Shown one piece after another: positions 50,368 to 61,041 of a stretch of 64,000 nucleotides of DNA. Each line of letters begins with the position of its first letter. The stretch's first letter is position 1. The translations under genes and the position numbers were made by a program. The stretch is from positions 92,733 through 156,732 of the IMG/VR virus record IMGVR_UViG_3300043411_001639. One strand, 5' to 3'. The stretch is from a virus. Under the pieces are notes generated by a model. The model was not told where the DNA came from, searched no databases, and was given only the letters and a program-made list of their open reading frames with translations.

Positions 50368-51669
50368 ATGTCAACCTTTATTACAACTCTAAGACCTACA
50401 CCTTTTGGTTTCTATGACAGTGATCCTATATTCCAATGGGATGCTGAGAGAATGGTAACATTTGTTATGAGAGCTTTAGGTGAAGATATCTTGTCTGTTG
50501 AACTAACAAATAAAGTAATCTGGATGTGGTTTGAAAATGCCACAAGAGAGTTCCAGGGTTTTATTATTGAATATCAGGCGAAAAGTAACCTTGCTAGTAT
50601 TCTTGGTATGCCTTCTGGTTCATTGAACCTTAACAATCCGTTTGATCCTAACAACATCAACTTAACAAACATGTATGTTCATCAGAACCTTGAGTTTGTT
50701 AACAGTCTTGCAGATGCTTATAGTGAGATCATAGGTCTTGGTGGAAAACAAGAAACTTATTCAGGATCAATAACTCTTGAACTTGGAAGACAAGACTATA
50801 ACCTAAACACTGAACTAAAGAATGATAGTGGTGATGCTCTGTATGGATTACAGCCTTCTGGTTCTGTTGATAAAATGACAATCCACGAAATATTCCATGT
50901 ATCACCTATGAACTATATGTTTAGTGGAGGTAGCATGAGTCCTGGTATGTTATCAAACAATCTATCAAGTTTTGCAGGTCAGATAGGTGGAGGAAGTATG
51001 GCTTTCTTTCAAGTCCTTCCAGTGTTTGATGATTTACTCAAGTGGGGACATCTTAAAATGTCTGATAAGGTTAGAAGATCCCACTACACTTATAAAGTAT
51101 CAGGTAAGATGTTAAGAATATTCCCTGTTCCTACAAACATAGTTGAAGGAGTGAATAATAAACTCTGGATCAGAGTAGGTTACAGACAAACAGCACTTCC
51201 TGGTTTAGAGAACAGTCTTGTAGTATCAGGTACAAGAAACTTAACTAATACTCCAGCCGGTACTCAGGTTTTGTTTGGTGCTAACAACCCAGCTAACATT
51301 CCCTATGGACTAATAACTTATAAGACATTAAATCAATGGGCAAGAAACTGGATAGCTCAATATACTCTGGCTTGTTGTATGGAGTATGTTGGTAACATCA
51401 GATCAAAGATTAAATCTATTCCCGCTGGAGATAAAGAGATCAGTCTGAATGGTGATGATCTAGTATCCAGAGGTAGAGAAGATAAAGAAAAACTCCTAAC
51501 AGGTTTAAAAGAAAAACTTGAAAGTCTTACCTATGACAAACTCATGGAACAAGAAGCTACAAGAGCAGAGAACATGATCAAACAACTTAACTACATCCCT
51601 CTTCCGGCTCATGCAGTTATTCGTGTCCGCGTAAAGAGAAGAAATAAAACAAAAATCAAACTTGTTTAA
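50368..51669 (+). CDS. Neck/head-tail adaptor protein (T4 gp13-like)
   Basis: RALGE..LSVELT, LRIFPVP, WIAQYTLA..ME..G.IRSK...IP......LNGDDL. Confidence 0.8.
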   Translation: MSTFITTLRPTPFGFYDSDPIFQWDAERMVTFVMRALGEDILSVELTNKVIWMWFENATREFQGFIIEYQAKSNLASILGMPSGSLNLNNPFDPNNINLTNMYVHQNLEFVNSLADAYSEIIGLGGKQETYSGSITLELGRQDYNLNTELKNDSGDALYGLQPSGSVDKMTIHEIFHVSPMNYMFSGGSMSPGMLSNNLSSFAGQIGGGSMAFFQVLPVFDDLLKWGHLKMSDKVRRSHYTYKVSGKMLRIFPVPTNIVEGVNNKLWIRVGYRQTALPGLENSLVVSGTRNLTNTPAGTQVLFGANNPANIPYGLITYKTLNQWARNWIAQYTLACCMEYVGNIRSKIKSIPAGDKEISLNGDDLVSRGREDKEKLLTGLKEKLESLTYDKLMEQEATRAENMIKQLNYIPLPAHAVIRVRVKRRNKTKIKLV

Positions 51670-51688
51670 TTCCATACTTATCAACACT

Positions 51689-52327
51689 GTGAATTCCTTT
51701 GATTTTCTACTTGAAACTTTGTCTTATGAAGAACTTAAAAAAGCTATCAAGCAACACATTCTTGACAACAAAGATACAGAACTTGAAAGACATAAAGATT
51801 CAATATTAAAACTAATTGATCAAGGAAAGTATAAAAAACTACTTCATGTTAAAAACACAAAGTATGTTTACAGAATCATTGATTTTAAAGACATTAAATT
51901 TTTAGAAACCATAACAAACACCAGACAACTATCCAAAGAACCTGGAGTAGTACACAAACTTCCCAAGGGAATACTAAAACCCAAGAAAGATATTTCCAGT
52001 TGGACTTCTAATCCCAGATCATTAATCTACAGCGGGTTTCTTTCTGTTTTATCTTCTTCAAAAACAAACCTAGTGTTGTTCAGAGCAAAAGTAAACAATA
52101 AAAACAACACGTTGTTTGGTAATCCAGATGACATGGCTAAAGAAGTTAAAACAGATAATGGTTATTTCTATGAGAAAGAAGTAATAGGAATGGGAGATAT
52201 AGTTTATGACAAGGCTGTATACCAAATTCAACAAGAAGGTTTAGGACTTGAAGCTCTGGCACTTAACCTGATTAACACACTAGAAGATTTTAAGAAGATA
52301 AAGTACGAAGGGGATTATTATGCCTAG
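51689..52327 (+). CDS. Putative ADP-ribosyltransferase (R-S-E clade); likely start GTG 51689
   Basis: YVYR, ISSWTSN and YEKEVI in the expected order. Confidence 0.55.
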   Translation: MNSFDFLLETLSYEELKKAIKQHILDNKDTELERHKDSILKLIDQGKYKKLLHVKNTKYVYRIIDFKDIKFLETITNTRQLSKEPGVVHKLPKGILKPKKDISSWTSNPRSLIYSGFLSVLSSSKTNLVLFRAKVNNKNNTLFGNPDDMAKEVKTDNGYFYEKEVIGMGDIVYDKAVYQIQQEGLGLEALALNLINTLEDFKKIKYEGDYYA

Positions 52328-52985
52328 ATTGTTTGTTACTTCAAAAGAGATTGAGTACATGAATGATGTAATCAAAGAAGTTATTAAAGATGTTGTAGGA
52401 CAGAAAATATACTATTATGCTATATCAAAGGCTGGTACTACTGTTAATAAAATCTATAATGAATCAGATAAAAAAGTGTTTGAACCACCACTAGCTCTTG
52501 ATGTTCTAATAGGACAACCACAGTGGGAAGGTAAGTTTAATAAATTTGGCTATCAACAAGGAGCTACTGTTGAAATAGTCGTACAAGCCAGAGATCTGAT
52601 AGATAAAAGAATACAGATATTCCAAGGGGATTATTTTGTCTATGGTGATGCGGCGTTTGAAATTGTTTCTTATCTAAACATGAACAATATATTTGGGCAA
52701 GAAGAATATGAAAGTGCGTATAAGATCATAGGCAAACTAGCACTTCCAGGTGAGTTTGACTCAACAAGTTTGTTTAATCCAACGAAAGAATCTATTGACA
52801 ACTCTGGTATTGAACAGAAGTTTGAACAACAAAGAGGGATTGAGACTGATTCTAAAGGCAGACCAACTGGAGATATAAGACAAGTACAAGAGAGACTTAA
52901 GCAAGAGAATGACTTACCTCCAGTAGCAATGAATGAAGGTCCAAGAAAAGTAATTAAAACAAAGGGATTCTTCTATGATGAATAA
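52320..52985 (+). CDS. Neck/head-closure protein (T4 gp14-like)
   Basis: GQKIYYY.I......N.IY.E...K.F, KFG, GDYF.YG; position after the gp13-like gene. Confidence 0.7.
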   Translation: MPRLFVTSKEIEYMNDVIKEVIKDVVGQKIYYYAISKAGTTVNKIYNESDKKVFEPPLALDVLIGQPQWEGKFNKFGYQQGATVEIVVQARDLIDKRIQIFQGDYFVYGDAAFEIVSYLNMNNIFGQEEYESAYKIIGKLALPGEFDSTSLFNPTKESIDNSGIEQKFEQQRGIETDSKGRPTGDIRQVQERLKQENDLPPVAMNEGPRKVIKTKGFFYDE

Positions 52986-53700
52986 ATATGATGGTTCTTG
53001 GTCAACCTATGAGTTTGTGTTTGAGGAAGAAACCCCTGAATTAACTGACTATCAAGATTCAGTTAATAGATCCAACTATATCATACAAGAGATAGAGGGT
53101 TTAAGGAAACAATACAAGCAGGCTTATGCGGGCTTTGGAATAATAGAACAACTAATACGGGAGTTACCTCAGATAGAATATTTACTGTCAAACAAAGAGG
53201 AGCTAGAGGGTATTAAAGGTAATGCTTACCAAGCTGCTAGTTTATTAGCTGAGAGTCAGCTTACCATACAAGGTATCTACGGATTCATAGCTGTACTACT
53301 AAACAAAAACGTGATAAATAGACTAGAAAACTATAAAACAATATCTGAAATGTTAAAGATGAAAGAATTGGTACAGGCATTTGATACAAGTATCAAGGTT
53401 ATGAACCAGTTAGTTTCTGGACAAGTACCTTTGAGACTTAGCAGTGCAGAAGTATCCTATAGTTTATACAAGAAACTGTGGGATCTAGGATTTAATAGTT
53501 CCAAGGTATTGTTATCTCCAGAAGAGTACAAAGATTCTCCTGCAAAAACTCTGGTTGAAGGATTTACTTATAAACTTCTAATAGCTTATTATAGTTTCTT
53601 GGGTATTCATAATAGTTTAGCGGTGTTAACAACACAACTAAACAAGGCACATGATGTTCCAGAACTAAACAGGTGGTTAAAAACTCATACACCTAGTTAA
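52975..53700 (+). CDS. Hypothetical helical protein
   Basis: 241 aa ORF between neck and tail terminator genes; YEFVFEE near the N-terminus. Confidence 0.6.
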   Translation: MMNKYDGSWSTYEFVFEEETPELTDYQDSVNRSNYIIQEIEGLRKQYKQAYAGFGIIEQLIRELPQIEYLLSNKEELEGIKGNAYQAASLLAESQLTIQGIYGFIAVLLNKNVINRLENYKTISEMLKMKELVQAFDTSIKVMNQLVSGQVPLRLSSAEVSYSLYKKLWDLGFNSSKVLLSPEEYKDSPAKTLVEGFTYKLLIAYYSFLGIHNSLAVLTTQLNKAHDVPELNRWLKTHTPS

Positions 53701-53706
53701 TCTTAT

Positions 53707-54870
53707 ATGGTTACTAGACAAACAATCTCAAGGGATTATCAGAACAGTTTAGTTTCTTATCTTCCTACAGGTTATGAATCTAAACTAGACAGTCCTGATG
53801 ATTTCTTTGTTCCTTCTTGTGGTTTTTCTGATGTGGATGAGTCTGTCTATAATTTGTTTAACAAAGAGATAGGATTTTCATCAACTGAATTCTCAAACAA
53901 AACAGTTCTAACAAGATATCCAAAGCCAACAGTGAACTTTGCATCAGGTGAAAGGTTCGCTATTATTAAAAAAGCTCTGACAAGAGATAACAATGAAGCA
54001 CCTATTCTCCCAATAATTTCAATCACCAAAAAAAACGTAACTCAATCCTCTGAAGATATATCAAACAGAGGAATAAACCAGATGACAGGAAATCTTGTCT
54101 GGAAGAGAAGACTTGCACCAGAAGATAAAATCTATCAGAACCTCCTAAACAAAATCCAACTCCAGAACAACAACTCAGTTTTAACAGGTTCCGTTTCTGG
54201 AGAACTAAAAGATACTGTTAATATAAAACAAGGAATGTTATTAGACGACAGTCTTAGTGGTTTTAACAACTTGTTTGAAGAAATTACTATTCCATCTCCA
54301 CAGTTTTATACAGTCAACTATGAGATAACTTTCTGGACTACCCATACAATTCACATGAATTATATGTTAGAAACTTTTATCAGAAGTTATCTGCCTCAAG
54401 TAAGAGGATTTGTGGTTGGGTGTGATAAGGGATATAACTTCATAGCTGAAACTGATGAAGAGTTTAACAATGAAGATAACATTGAGGAACTAGACGAAGA
54501 AAAAAAACTTATTAGATATACTTTTAGTCTTAATGTAAAAGCTTTTCTTCTATTTGGTTCTGACATTAACAATGAAGATGTTCTGGTTAAAAGAAAGATA
54601 TTAACTCCAATAGTAAACTTTGAAGTGTTAGATGATTCTGAATCAGGTGGTACAACTAAAATTGAAACCAAAACTAATCCTTACACACTTACAGAACCAA
54701 CAACAGAAGAACAACAAACCAAAACAACCAAACAACACCTCTATCAAGAAAAGATAATCAATGGTCAATACAGGAAGATTTTTATCACAGATCAGAATAA
54801 AAGAAAAGGTGAGACTGTTTATTCAGCAGAAAACTTAACAAGTTTAATAAGGTTTCTGAATCCTGACTAA
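53707..54870 (+). CDS. Tail terminator/sheath stabiliser (T4 gp15-like)
   Basis: FASGERF, ILPIISI, P.P..YTVNYEITFWT....MN..LE, RYTFSLNVKAFL; precedes the sheath genes. Confidence 0.7.
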   Translation: MVTRQTISRDYQNSLVSYLPTGYESKLDSPDDFFVPSCGFSDVDESVYNLFNKEIGFSSTEFSNKTVLTRYPKPTVNFASGERFAIIKKALTRDNNEAPILPIISITKKNVTQSSEDISNRGINQMTGNLVWKRRLAPEDKIYQNLLNKIQLQNNNSVLTGSVSGELKDTVNIKQGMLLDDSLSGFNNLFEEITIPSPQFYTVNYEITFWTTHTIHMNYMLETFIRSYLPQVRGFVVGCDKGYNFIAETDEEFNNEDNIEELDEEKKLIRYTFSLNVKAFLLFGSDINNEDVLVKRKILTPIVNFEVLDDSESGGTTKIETKTNPYTLTEPTTEEQQTKTTKQHLYQEKIINGQYRKIFITDQNKRKGETVYSAENLTSLIRFLNPD

Positions 54871-54919
54871 TGGCTGTCTAATTATTCAAGACATTAATTT
54901 CAAACAAGGATAAAACACA

Positions 54920-57900
54920 ATGGCAGAAAAAAAACTTAGAGCTCCTGGTTTTCAGGCAAATGAAATAGATTTAACAATCCCAAAAGCAGAAGAACCAACT
55001 GGAGTTCCTCATGCAATCATAGGTCCATCTCAGAAGGGTCCAGCATTTGTACCTAGTCTGATAGGTAATTTTCCTAGTTTTGAAGCAAGGTTTGGAGGAC
55101 ACAACGGAGAGTTTATTACTTCTTATGCTGTTGAACAGGTGGTTGGCAATGGAAAACCTGTGTTGTTTATCAGAACTCTTGGAGCAGGAACAAACAAGAC
55201 AGTAACAGATATTGAGCTAACAAGAGTAACAGATACTGTTAGACATGCAGGTATGAAAGTAACAGGAAGTGCAATAGCAGATCTAAGACACAATGGATCA
55301 GTTCAATTCCTAGCAGCTAAACACGTTGTAACAAGTTCTGAAGCAGTTAGCTATCCTATGTTTAGTGATAACCAGAGTTATACAATGACCTCTAACTATG
55401 TTCATTTGATCAGAGGGGTTGTTTTTACAGCTTCTGATACTCGTCTCATGGTTATGAGTGCTTCTGAAGAAACATTTGGTAACTTACTAGATGATTCAGT
55501 TACTATTGATGATACAATTACCAACCCAACCTATAGAAAATTTAAACTTGTTATTTCAAGTTCTGTTGGTGCAACTTTTGCTACTACAGATGGTCTAAGC
55601 GGTTTAAGAATCTTAACTGCTTCCTTTAACCCTTCCAGCAATGATTATTTTGGCAAGATTCTAAACAAAGATCCTGAAAAGTTCAGCACAGAAAAACACT
55701 TGTTATATTGTGATTTTCCTGTTGATAATGAAGTTGCAACAGTAGCTTCAGGTTCTGGAAACACAGAAACAGTTGTGGTTCTTTCAGGAAGTAGTGTTAC
55801 TTCTCCAAACTCAGGACTTACTTCTTTGAGTTTTAGAGACGCTTTTGGTTATTACAACACAAGATACACTACTCCAAAAACACCTATGTTTATTTCTCAG
55901 CCTTTTGGGGAAACTGAACATGACTTGTTTTATGTTGAAGCTATAGATGATGGTGCAGTTGCTACGACCAAATACAAAATCAGTATTTCAAATATCAAGA
56001 GAAGTATAGATCCAAAATATGCTTACGGCACCTTTACTCTTCTTGTAAGAGATTTTAATGACTCAGATTTTGAACCTAAAATTCTAGAAAGATTCTCAGA
56101 ACTAAGTCTAGATCCAGATTCAGTTTCATTTATTGGAAACGTGATAGGTGATAGAAAAATCTATTTTAACTTTGATGTTGAAAACGAAGATGATAGAAGA
56201 CTCGTAGTTAATGGAAAATACCCAAACAACTCAAAATTTATCAGAGTTGTTATCAGTCAAAACGTAATCAACAAACAAATTCCTGAAAGTTGTCTTCCCT
56301 TTGGTTTCAAGGGTGTACCTGTTTTAAATACAAACACTCTTCAAACAGATTCAACTCCAAGACTAGCCTTAGCAAGACTAGCAGGTTCAGGATCATTTAA
56401 CTCAAGACTAACAGGTTCTATTGTTCCTCCTCTTCCAATGAGATTTAAAGTAACAAGAGGTGAAGTAAACTCAAGTCCTAGTTTCACAGGGCATAATGGT
56501 CCTAGTGAAATAGTTGACTCAAGATTGTTTTGGGGTGTTAAATTTGAAAGAAACAACAACCTTTCAAATCCTAATCTAAGTTCAGAAAAAAATGAACTCA
56601 TAAACTCTTATGCTAAGTTTCAAGGTTTATCAAAACTTGATGTTCTTATAACAGGATCTTATGCCGATTCATTTAACAATAATAAATTTAGTTTAGCCAA
56701 AGTAGCTTTGTCTTTTGGTAGTATTGAATTTCTTACAGCTTCAATTGATACACACATGAAAGAAGCAGCTTATATAAGAAACGGCAAAAACATTGTTGAT
56801 TTTTTTTACGCTATTGAAGATGGGAGTTGGGGCGGTAGATTAACCTTGATGTCCTTGTTGGAATTATCTTATTATATTCCTGCTCAATTATCAACATTCA
56901 ATAGATTTTCTGAATATATGAAATTTTCAACCTTCATGTATGGTGGTTGGGATGGAACAAACATCTTTGATAGAGCAGCTAATAGATTTAATGATAGATC
57001 AACCTCAACAGAATCAAGTAGTATTGGCTATGGAGGGGCTTCAACAAGTTACTCATCACCAGGAGCCACAACAGGTGTAAACCATGCTGGATATGGACTT
57101 GAAAACAATCAAGTTAACTCTTATCTGCAAGCAGTTAATCTAGCAACAGATCCAAATCTTTCAATAGCAAACATAGTTTGTGCACCAGGAATAAGAGAAC
57201 CTTTGATAACTGACTATCTTCTTGATAGATGTCATTCAGAACATCAAATGTCTGAAGGGGTAATTGATGTTCCTTATTACGATGATCAAAACATTCGTAT
57301 ATTTGATGGTGAAACCAGAAGAACCATTGACATAGAAAACACAGCTAAAAATTTTGATTCAAGAACAATTGATAAAAATGTAGGAGTAACATACTTCCCT
57401 AACGTTACCATTGAAGATGGTACAAATAAAAAACTCCTAACAGTTCCAGCTTCAATTGCAGCTTTGAGTGCTATATCTTACACAGATAAAGTTAGTTTTC
57501 CTTGGTGGGCAGTTGCGGGTTTGAACAGAGCTTCACTTGATTTTGTCAAGGGAGCACAAGTAAGAATCAACAACAAAACAGACAGAGAAATTCTATACTC
57601 AGCTAGAATTAATCCTATAATAAAACTTCCAAGAGAAAGTTTTGTTATTTGGTCGCAACAAACACTAGCTCTAGGAGATAGTTTGTTTACTAACCTAAAC
57701 ATCAAACGTATGGTTCTTGAAATAAAAAGAATCATTGTGGCAATAGCTACAAGACTTGTGTTTGAAAACATTACTCCTGATCTATATCAGAACTTTACAA
57801 CTCAAACAAATTCTGTTCTTTCTGTTGTACAAACAAGAGAAGGAGTAGAGAGTTTCAAGGTAATTTGTGATGAAACAAACAACTCAGATGACGATAGAAA

Positions 57901-58006
57901 CAACAATAAAATGAATGGTGTCATCATGATACAACCAACCAAAGCTTTTGAATATATTGAATTAAGTTTTGCAGTATACCCAAGCGGGGTTGTCTTTTCG
58001 GACTGA
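54920..58006 (+). CDS. Tail sheath protein 1
   Basis: APGF..NEIDL, IIGP.QKGPAFVP, GGWDG, YFP.V, FPWWAVAGLNR, RINPI, IWSQ.TL, LNIKR, IQPTKAFEYI. Confidence 0.92.
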   Translation: MAEKKLRAPGFQANEIDLTIPKAEEPTGVPHAIIGPSQKGPAFVPSLIGNFPSFEARFGGHNGEFITSYAVEQVVGNGKPVLFIRTLGAGTNKTVTDIELTRVTDTVRHAGMKVTGSAIADLRHNGSVQFLAAKHVVTSSEAVSYPMFSDNQSYTMTSNYVHLIRGVVFTASDTRLMVMSASEETFGNLLDDSVTIDDTITNPTYRKFKLVISSSVGATFATTDGLSGLRILTASFNPSSNDYFGKILNKDPEKFSTEKHLLYCDFPVDNEVATVASGSGNTETVVVLSGSSVTSPNSGLTSLSFRDAFGYYNTRYTTPKTPMFISQPFGETEHDLFYVEAIDDGAVATTKYKISISNIKRSIDPKYAYGTFTLLVRDFNDSDFEPKILERFSELSLDPDSVSFIGNVIGDRKIYFNFDVENEDDRRLVVNGKYPNNSKFIRVVISQNVINKQIPESCLPFGFKGVPVLNTNTLQTDSTPRLALARLAGSGSFNSRLTGSIVPPLPMRFKVTRGEVNSSPSFTGHNGPSEIVDSRLFWGVKFERNNNLSNPNLSSEKNELINSYAKFQGLSKLDVLITGSYADSFNNNKFSLAKVALSFGSIEFLTASIDTHMKEAAYIRNGKNIVDFFYAIEDGSWGGRLTLMSLLELSYYIPAQLSTFNRFSEYMKFSTFMYGGWDGTNIFDRAANRFNDRSTSTESSSIGYGGASTSYSSPGATTGVNHAGYGLENNQVNSYLQAVNLATDPNLSIANIVCAPGIREPLITDYLLDRCHSEHQMSEGVIDVPYYDDQNIRIFDGETRRTIDIENTAKNFDSRTIDKNVGVTYFPNVTIEDGTNKKLLTVPASIAALSAISYTDKVSFPWWAVAGLNRASLDFVKGAQVRINNKTDREILYSARINPIIKLPRESFVIWSQQTLALGDSLFTNLNIKRMVLEIKRIIVAIATRLVFENITPDLYQNFTTQTNSVLSVVQTREGVESFKVICDETNNSDDDRNNNKMNGVIMIQPTKAFEYIELSFAVYPSGVVFSD

Positions 58007-58033
58007 AAGACTAACTAAATAGGAGAATAAAAC

Positions 58034-61000
58034 ATGGTAGAACAATTTAGAAGTGCTGGCGTTACAACAAGAGAAATTGAACAACAAAACATTGTTGCCC
58101 AACAATCTAACGCAATTCCAGCATGTGTGATATCAACCACAGAAAAAGGGCCAGCTTTCCTCCCAACCATATTAACTTCACCAGAAGAATATGAAACAAC
58201 TTTTGGAGTTTCAACAACTGATAATCCGTATGGTTTCCTTTCCGCTAATGAATGGCTGAGTTATCAGCCTTCTTTAATGCAAGTTAAAATACTAGGAGTA
58301 GGGGATGGAACTAAAAGAACATCAACAGAAACAAACAAAGGAAAAGTAACCAATGCTGGATTTGTTGTTGGCGATCAACAACCTCAATCAAGTTTAAGTG
58401 GTGGTTTAGCTAACAACCCTTATGCTGTTCCTACAAGTGCAGGAGCTATCGCAGCAACAGGAAGAAACTATGTTCTAGCTGTTGCCATGAGTCAGAGTGT
58501 TGGTTCAACTTATTTTACAGAAGCGGGTTTATCAGCTACTCCGATTATACTCAGAGGTATGATCATGGCAGCTTCAGGGGTTGTTCTAACTCTTTCAGCT
58601 TCAAATGTTTCAAGTGATATGGCAGACAACACTGTTGCAGCAGATATTACTGTTTCTGCTAACATCAAAGGTTTCCATACTGGTTCCGTAAATCTTCAAG
58701 AAGGTTCACAGAACTTTGTTATGTTACTTAATGGGCACAGAGGTTCAACAAGTTATCCCAGAGTGTTAACAGGAAGTTTTGATCATACAAGAAACAACTA
58801 TTTTGGAAACATCTTTAATAAAGATCCACTAAAACTTGAAGAAGCAGGACATTTACTATACAGTTATTTTGATATCAACAGTGCGGTTGCTACTGTTACA
58901 GGATCAGGAATTGTTCCCGCTGTTTCAGGGGCAGGAACAACAGTTGGAGCTGGTTATGAAAGAATAGCATTCTTAGTAACATCTTCAAGAGAAAGAAACA
59001 TGGGTTCTGCTACTGTTCCTAATTTTGAAGGATTTGAGGATAGATTTAGAACAGCAAACAGTAGTTGGATCATGTCACAAAAGTTTGGTGGAACTCCAAT
59101 AAATCTATTTAAGTTTTGGAGTTTAGATGATGGTGAAATAGGACATAAAAAAGTTAAGATTACTATTGAAAACATCACGCCTTCCAACAACACTTCATAC
59201 TTGTTTGGTACATTTGATGTTGTTGTTAGGGATATCAATGATAATGATACAAATAAAATTGTACTTGAACCATTCAGAGGTTTATCCCTTGATCCTAAGA
59301 ACGCAAGATTTATAGGTAAGATTATAGGAAATGGTTACACTTATTTTAACTTTGATGCCGCTGAATCAAAACAAAAACTAGTAGACCTTGAAGGTTACCC
59401 TGTTAGATCAAAATATATCAGGGTTGAACTGTCAGATGAAGTAGTTGAAGAATCTATTGATCCTTCCGCTTTACCAATGGGATTCAGAGGACCACAACAC
59501 TTGGTAACATCAGGAAGTGCAGTATTCAACACTCACTCAGATGACTATCTGACTATTTCAAATCCGTTTAGAAGAATAGTACAACTTCCTGTACCAATGA
59601 GAATCAATCTTGTAAAAGGAACTGGAAGCTCACAAACTGTTGATAGAAATCTTTGTTGGGGGGTTCAGTTTGAACAAAGAATCTCTGCAACAGAACCTAA
59701 CTCTACTATCAGACCCAATACAAGTCTTGACAGTTTTAAAAAATACTATCCAAATTACCATACAGAATACATGAATGTTGTGGTAAAAGACAATGAAGGT
59801 GTAGCAGATACAGCGGAAAACACTGTTCTTGATTCAGATAGATTTAACAACAACGTTTTCACCCTAGAAAACGTTCAAGTAACTTACAACGCTACTAGCT
59901 TACTTCCTGATCTAAACACACTAACTTCCTGGAGTTATGTTAGACAAGGGGGAATTACCACAAACACTGGTGCTCTAACAAGAGCACTAACAGTTACAGA
60001 CCTAAGAGATACAGGAGTTAGAGCCCTTGGTAAGTTTTCTTTTTATCTTGAAGGTGGTTTTGATGGTGTTAGAATTTTTAACCAAGAAACTAAAAGGCTT
60101 TCAAACATAGCCACCGTAGAGGAATACACAAACAGTACCAGAGGTTTAACTCAAGGTCCAACTATTAAAGCCTACCAAAAAGCTCTTGATATTGTAGGAG
60201 ACACCTCCTATCTTGATTTTCAAATTATAACAATACCTGGAATGAGACTTGCTTATCTGACAGATCTTGCTCAAAACTTAATGGAAACATCAAAAGATGC
60301 AATGTTTATCATGGACATTGAAGAGAGAGACAGTGGTAATCAAAAAGTTCTATCTGAAACTCAAGTAGTTAATGTTTTAAATACTATAACAGATTTCCAG
60401 AACAGAGGAATCAGCACTTCTTATACTTCAGCTTATTTCCCTGACGCTAACGTATTAAACAGATCTTCAAGAACAAGAGTTAGAGTTCCTCCTTCTGTTG
60501 TAGTTCTAGGAATATTTGCTAAGAATGATTCAATAGGTCATCCTTGGACAGCACCAGCAGGTTATACTAGAGGAAACCTATCTTCAACAGAAAGTCTAAC
60601 AACTATTCTTTCAAGAAAAAATATGAACGATCTTGCATCAGCAAACATCAACCCTCTTGTTGTGTTTCCAGGTCAAGGTCCGGTTGTTTGGGGACAGAAA
60701 ACCCTTAATGACAAGATGTCAGCTTTTGATAGAATCAATGTTAGAAGACTACTACTGGATCTTAGAAGAAAAGTAAGAACAGTAGCACAAAGAATGTTGT
60801 TTGAACCTGCTAGAGATACAACCCTTGCAAGATTCTCAGCACTAGTAAACCCAATACTAAAACGTATTCAAGATCTAAAAGGTGTTGAACAGTACAAGGT
60901 AATCATTGATACCTCTACTACTACAGAAGCAGACATAGAAAACAAAACAATTAGAGGATTGATCCTACTTGTTCCTACAAAAGCTCTTGAGTTTGTATCT

Positions 61001-61039
61001 CTTGACTTCGTTGTTACTAACACTGGAGTAAATGTATAA
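58034..61039 (+). CDS. Tail sheath protein 2
   Basis: SAGVTTREI, KGPAFLP, GGFDG, VPPS, PWTAPAGYTRG, INPL..FPGQG.VVWGQKTL, DRINVRRLL, PTKALEFV. Confidence 0.95.
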   Translation: MVEQFRSAGVTTREIEQQNIVAQQSNAIPACVISTTEKGPAFLPTILTSPEEYETTFGVSTTDNPYGFLSANEWLSYQPSLMQVKILGVGDGTKRTSTETNKGKVTNAGFVVGDQQPQSSLSGGLANNPYAVPTSAGAIAATGRNYVLAVAMSQSVGSTYFTEAGLSATPIILRGMIMAASGVVLTLSASNVSSDMADNTVAADITVSANIKGFHTGSVNLQEGSQNFVMLLNGHRGSTSYPRVLTGSFDHTRNNYFGNIFNKDPLKLEEAGHLLYSYFDINSAVATVTGSGIVPAVSGAGTTVGAGYERIAFLVTSSRERNMGSATVPNFEGFEDRFRTANSSWIMSQKFGGTPINLFKFWSLDDGEIGHKKVKITIENITPSNNTSYLFGTFDVVVRDINDNDTNKIVLEPFRGLSLDPKNARFIGKIIGNGYTYFNFDAAESKQKLVDLEGYPVRSKYIRVELSDEVVEESIDPSALPMGFRGPQHLVTSGSAVFNTHSDDYLTISNPFRRIVQLPVPMRINLVKGTGSSQTVDRNLCWGVQFEQRISATEPNSTIRPNTSLDSFKKYYPNYHTEYMNVVVKDNEGVADTAENTVLDSDRFNNNVFTLENVQVTYNATSLLPDLNTLTSWSYVRQGGITTNTGALTRALTVTDLRDTGVRALGKFSFYLEGGFDGVRIFNQETKRLSNIATVEEYTNSTRGLTQGPTIKAYQKALDIVGDTSYLDFQIITIPGMRLAYLTDLAQNLMETSKDAMFIMDIEERDSGNQKVLSETQVVNVLNTITDFQNRGISTSYTSAYFPDANVLNRSSRTRVRVPPSVVVLGIFAKNDSIGHPWTAPAGYTRGNLSSTESLTTILSRKNMNDLASANINPLVVFPGQGPVVWGQKTLNDKMSAFDRINVRRLLLDLRRKVRTVAQRMLFEPARDTTLARFSALVNPILKRIQDLKGVEQYKVIIDTSTTTEADIENKTIRGLILLVPTKALEFVSLDFVVTNTGVNV

Positions 61040-61041
61040 TC

